Positions 62,248 through 64,000 of a stretch of DNA of 64,000 nucleotides are shown here, piece by piece. The notes below the pieces were generated by a model, which did not search any database, was not told where the DNA came from, and saw nothing but the letters and a program-made list of their open reading frames with translations. The stretch is from the human T2T-CHM13v2.0 reference genome, Homo sapiens, in the NCBI RefSeq assembly GCF_009914755.1, contig NC_060935.1. The stretch is one strand, 5' to 3'. Position numbers and translations under genes: made by a program. Each line of letters opens with the position of its first letter. Position 1 is the first letter of the stretch.

Positions 62248-62884
62248 CACAGCTACGGTAGAAAACAGTCCGACAATTCTTCAGAAAGTTCAACAAAGAG
62301 TTTAACGTATGACCCAGTAATTCTACCTTCATACCCAAAATTGAAAACATGTCCAGATACAAACTTGTACATGAAATCTTCACAGCAGCATTACTCAGAA
62401 TAGCCCAAAAGTGAAACAACCCAAATGCCCATCAACTTATGAATGAATAAGCAAAATATGGCATATTCATACAATGGAATATTATTCAGTCGTATAAAAG
62501 AATAAGGTACCAATACATGCTACAACATGGGTGAACCCTGAAAACTTCATGCCAAGTAAAATAAGCCAGATACAAAACACTAAATATTATTCCATTTACA
62601 TGAAATGTCCAGAATCGGCAAATCCAAAGATATAGAAATTAGATTAGTGATTGCCAGGGGATGGGAGGAGAGGGGAATTGAGAGTGGCTGCTAATAGATA
62701 CAGGTTTTTTTTTGTTGAGGGGGAGGGTAGCGATAGAAATGTTTTGGCATTAGATTGTGGCGATAGTTGCATAGCATTGTGAATATACTAAAAACCACTG
62801 AACTGTATACTTTAAAATAGTGAAAATGCTGGATTTTATGCTATATAAATTCTACCTCAAATAAAAACTATCAGTCTGGTTAAC

Positions 62885-63185
62885 TAGAGCTGATTCCCAC
62901 CAGGGAAACCTGGGAGCCTGTGTAAGGTATGCACCTTAGAATTATCTCCCCCAAGAAGGAAGGAAGGTGGGGTATTTATACACCAGCTCTCATCAGTCAG
63001 TAGTCGAAAACTGCTTCTAGGGGCATTCATCCCTCGGAACTTCTGGTCTGCCCATAAAAGGAGCTCTGGTAGCCAGAGAAAGTCCTTAGGCAAAGAAATG
63101 TTGCTAATGGCAGTTGACAGACAGGCCAGCATGCCCCCAAAAGAGTACAGGCAAAAAGGCAAAATAGGTTCCTTGCACTGACAGT
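62885..63185 (-). mobile_element. LTR16-like ERVL LTR fragment
   Basis: cttagaattatctcccc ... ggggtatttatacaccagctctcatcagtc. Confidence 0.5.
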
Positions 63186-63918
63186 CTGTGCTACTCTCTC
63201 GTTGGGATAAAATAAGAAAGCCCATGTAAAATGCATCAGTGCTAGACACAGAGAAAGCTCTCAATAAATGTGAGTTATTTTTACAGAAGACTCTATAAGG
63301 TTAAACAATTTGATCAAAACTTCCCAGCTAAGGCAGGGTAGAGCTAGGGTTTACACAATCTCTATATGACACAATCTTTCATATACAGAATTATATTGAC
63401 CAAATATACACTAACCAGCCTTGCAAACATACCTATCAAATGGCAATCATGTCATCATGGCATCCAGAGGATATGATAAACATCTTTATATCTTTGCTCT
63501 CTCTCTCCTCCCCCTTGTGTGCCCTCTGTGGCGGAAGCAGCTGCTTTTCCCACAAAAAGGCCTCGAGGGTTGATGTTAATGTCTGCTCAAGTTGCACAGG
63601 GGCTGAACATTATGTGGTCTATTGTGTAGGTGCTTATTTGAGATTCAAAGCCTACACATTTGCTGACAATTTAGTGCAAAGGACCAAGACATATGAACAC
63701 CTGAGACTGCAGGAGCAACAGGGCGGCGCGTTTTTCACTCACGTGTCAGTTTGCTGTTCTCCTCTGGAAGGGTCTGATATTCACATGGCTCAACAAAAGA
63801 GGTGCACTAGCAGAGGAAAACTGGGGGAACCTCTTCCCGGAATTCCCTACATGAACTCCCAACCAAGGGCATGTCAGAGAGTCAAAGAGAGGGGCTGGAG
63901 CTGCAGAACTTGAGCGAC

Positions 63919-64000
63919 CTGATGAGGTAGAGGCTGATAATCGTGTCGAAGTAGCTGTAGTACACGGCGTTGTTGACGTGGCCATACTGGTCATTGTCCT
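63919..64000 (-). pseudogene. THEM7P: Exon (truncated by the window edge) of a YbgC/4HBT-like hotdog-fold acyl-CoA thioesterase gene; probably THEM7P (thioesterase superfamily member 7, pseudogene)
   Basis: The reverse complement from 63998 reads gac aat gac cag tat ggc cac gtc aac aac gcc gtg tac tac agc tac ttc gac acg att atc agc ctc tac ctc atc ag|gt = [27 protein letters not shown]. This matches the D-x-D-x-x-G-H-V-N-N-x-x-Y thioesterase motif. Third codon positions are strongly C/G-biased. A GT donor sits at 63918-63917, and read-through stops about 12 codons later. The family call comes from the sequence; the gene name and pseudogene status come from recall. Confidence 0.8.

Noticed and set aside
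63440-63913. 157-aa plus-strand ORF
   Set aside because: No recognisable domain; it is antisense to the intron beside the exon and likely a chance ORF.
63746-63994. ORF-track peptide [13 protein letters not shown]... on the minus strand
   Set aside because: It is a shifted-frame shadow of the thioesterase exon. The Thr/Ser richness comes from C-ending codons read out of frame.

Overview
This is primate genomic DNA, almost certainly human, because it contains an AluYa5-type insertion. It is dominated by interspersed repeats: about 30 Alus, plus MIR, L2, L1M, MLT/THE1/LTR16/LTR33 LTRs and MER20/MER33/Tigger/Arthur DNA transposons. The one convincing protein-coding signal is at the extreme right edge, on the minus strand (63919-64000, cut off by the window end). 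It lies in a frame the ORF track missed and encodes [27 protein letters not shown], the catalytic-helix motif of a YbgC/4HBT-type hotdog-fold acyl-CoA thioesterase, followed by a GT donor. From recall, this best fits THEM7P (11p13, between RCN1 and WT1; mouse Them7 is intact). If so, the rest of the window is probably one large intron. Several repeat-free, TAAT-rich blocks look like developmental enhancers, and there is one strong CTCF motif. The other listed ORFs are mostly Alu- or repeat-derived, and none is recognisable as a protein. Boundaries and subfamily names for old repeats are approximate and were assigned by eye.
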